From NCBI GenBank assembly GCA_947589685.1, contig CANQCN010000001.1, positions 364 through 64,363 of the forward strand: a stretch of DNA of 64,000 nucleotides, given 5' to 3'. Both the position numbers and the translations under genes were made by a program. Below are positions 62,985 through 64,000 of this stretch, in pieces. A model generated the notes under the pieces. That model was not told the DNA's origin, made no database searches, and saw nothing but the letters and a program-made list of their open reading frames with translations. The stretch comes from an uncultured Clostridia bacterium. Its GTDB lineage: Bacteria; Bacillota; Clostridia; Christensenellales; CAG-314. Every line of letters starts with the position of its first letter. The first letter of the stretch is position 1.

Positions 62985-64000
62985 TCAATTGTTTCTTATG
63001 GCGTCTATCGGTTTCATTTTTACGATCTTTTTGAGCGGGATCAACGCCGCCAACGGCAGCAAGCCGAACGAGGACAAAACAAGCACGGTTATTGTCAAAA
63101 AGTCTATTCTGACAAACGGCAAAATTTCCACCAAATCGTTCGAATAACTGAACAAATAGTTGATAAGAGGCGTCAAAGAAAGGATCAGCGCCAACACAAT
63201 AACCAATGTAATTGCGGAAATTATCAACGTTTCAATAATGAATATGCTCGTTATGTCCCTGTTGGAGGTTCCGAGGGCAGAGAGAATGCCCACTTCTCGC
63301 TTGCGAGAGGCAATGCTCAGCGAGATCAAATTGATAACCAACAAAATCAATATTGCCGTAAGCAAAATACACATTGCAATAAACACCCAGGAAACAATAC
63401 GCATTATTTCTTCGAAGTCATAGACCATAGGGGCTACCTCGTGGTAATATTCGGCTTGGCCCCTTGCTAAGCCCGCCCGCGCTATCAGTACTTGATACTT
63501 ATTGCGAAGCGTGGTAACAAATTTAACGAGGTTTCTTATCGAGTCGGTTTTTATCAGTATGTCGTACGGAGTAAGCTCGCCGTTTATCTTTTTAATCAAC
63601 TGTTCGTTGATCATAGCGCAGTCTTTAATGCTATCAGACATATATGGATCGCAAAACGATACACCGACGAGGCGTACCTCGCCGCAATCCAAAAGCAACA
63701 CCTGTTCGTCAGGGTGGTAAAAACAAAGTCGAAAGCTTTGCCCTATTTCCTTGGGGATATTGCGCACCTCCGTAAAGTCATTGCTGATGTAGTAGCCCAT
63801 TGTGGACGCTTCGAAAAACTGTGAATACACATCATAGGAAAGCACTATTTCATTATCACCGAGTTCAATTTCATCCGAGGTTATGCCGTCCGCTGTCACG
63901 ATAGCGGCCATAGCGGCCAAAGGACCGTCCGATCGAAACCATATATGCCCGGTATATGATTTGTCTCCATAGTTCACGATCATCTCTTTGGGAGAGTTAA
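62985..64000 (-). CDS. ABC transporter permease, FtsX/MacB-like; 5' end probably beyond the window
   Basis: A C-terminal FtsX-type 4-helix bundle is present (RKREVGILSALGTSNRDITSIFIIETLII...KMKPIDAIRNN). The frame stays open upstream of ATG 63983 to the window edge. Confidence 0.8.
   Translation of the reverse strand, partial: NSPKEMIVNYGDKSYTGHIWFRSDGPLAAMAAIVTADGITSDEIELGDNEIVLSYDVYSQFFEASTMGYYISNDFTEVRNIPKEIGQSFRLCFYHPDEQVLLLDCGEVRLVGVSFCDPYMSDSIKDCAMINEQLIKKINGELTPYDILIKTDSIRNLVKFVTTLRNKYQVLIARAGLARGQAEYYHEVAPMVYDFEEIMRIVSWVFIAMCILLTAILILLVINLISLSIASRKREVGILSALGTSNRDITSIFIIETLIISAITLVIVLALILSLTPLINYLFSYSNDLVEILPFVRIDFLTITVLVLSSFGLLPLAALIPLKKIVKMKPIDAIRNN

Overview
This 64-kb window is a chromosomal segment of a Firmicutes genome that looks Clostridia-like, judged from gene content and synteny only. 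It holds about 60 protein genes, nearly all on the minus strand, in textbook housekeeping order. The order is: DUF1292-ruvX; Rrf2-nifS-nifU; rseC-like-trxA; comM-dprA-topA-trmFO-hslVU-aspS. Next come ylxM-ffh-rpsP-KH-rimM-trmD-rbgA-rnhB-yraN, then rplS; pta-ackA-yceD-rpmF, then rnc-smc-ftsY. The rest is tmcAL, ylbJ, alr-rsmD-coaD-DAHP synthase, rdgB, relA-hemZ, recJ, yajC-tgt, ruvCAB-queA and infC-rpmI-rplT-trmH-yebC. There is one 8-tRNA operon (Gly-Arg-His-Gln-Lys-Lys-Leu-Gly). I see no rRNA, no CRISPR array and no intact mobile element. Accessory DNA is limited to five small patches. (1) A decayed tRNA-Gly-linked integrative element (integrase stub plus a polyvalent-protein fragment). (2) An 18-nt tRNA 3'-end duplication inside the tRNA operon. 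(3) A DinJ/YafQ cassette with a frameshifted toxin, wedged between queA and tgt. (4) A ~4.9-kb block between ruvC and yebC that encodes a 1164-aa Cys/His-rich, Big_2-containing lipoprotein with a mosaic tandem repeat and a frameshifted tail, plus an XRE regulator. (5) An AT-rich decayed patch with a frameshifted XRE gene. I do not find a convincing, complete, novel multi-gene system. The most unusual items are the surface-protein modules, the tRNA-operon scar and a DAHP-synthase variant. All family calls come from reading the translations by eye; no searches were run.
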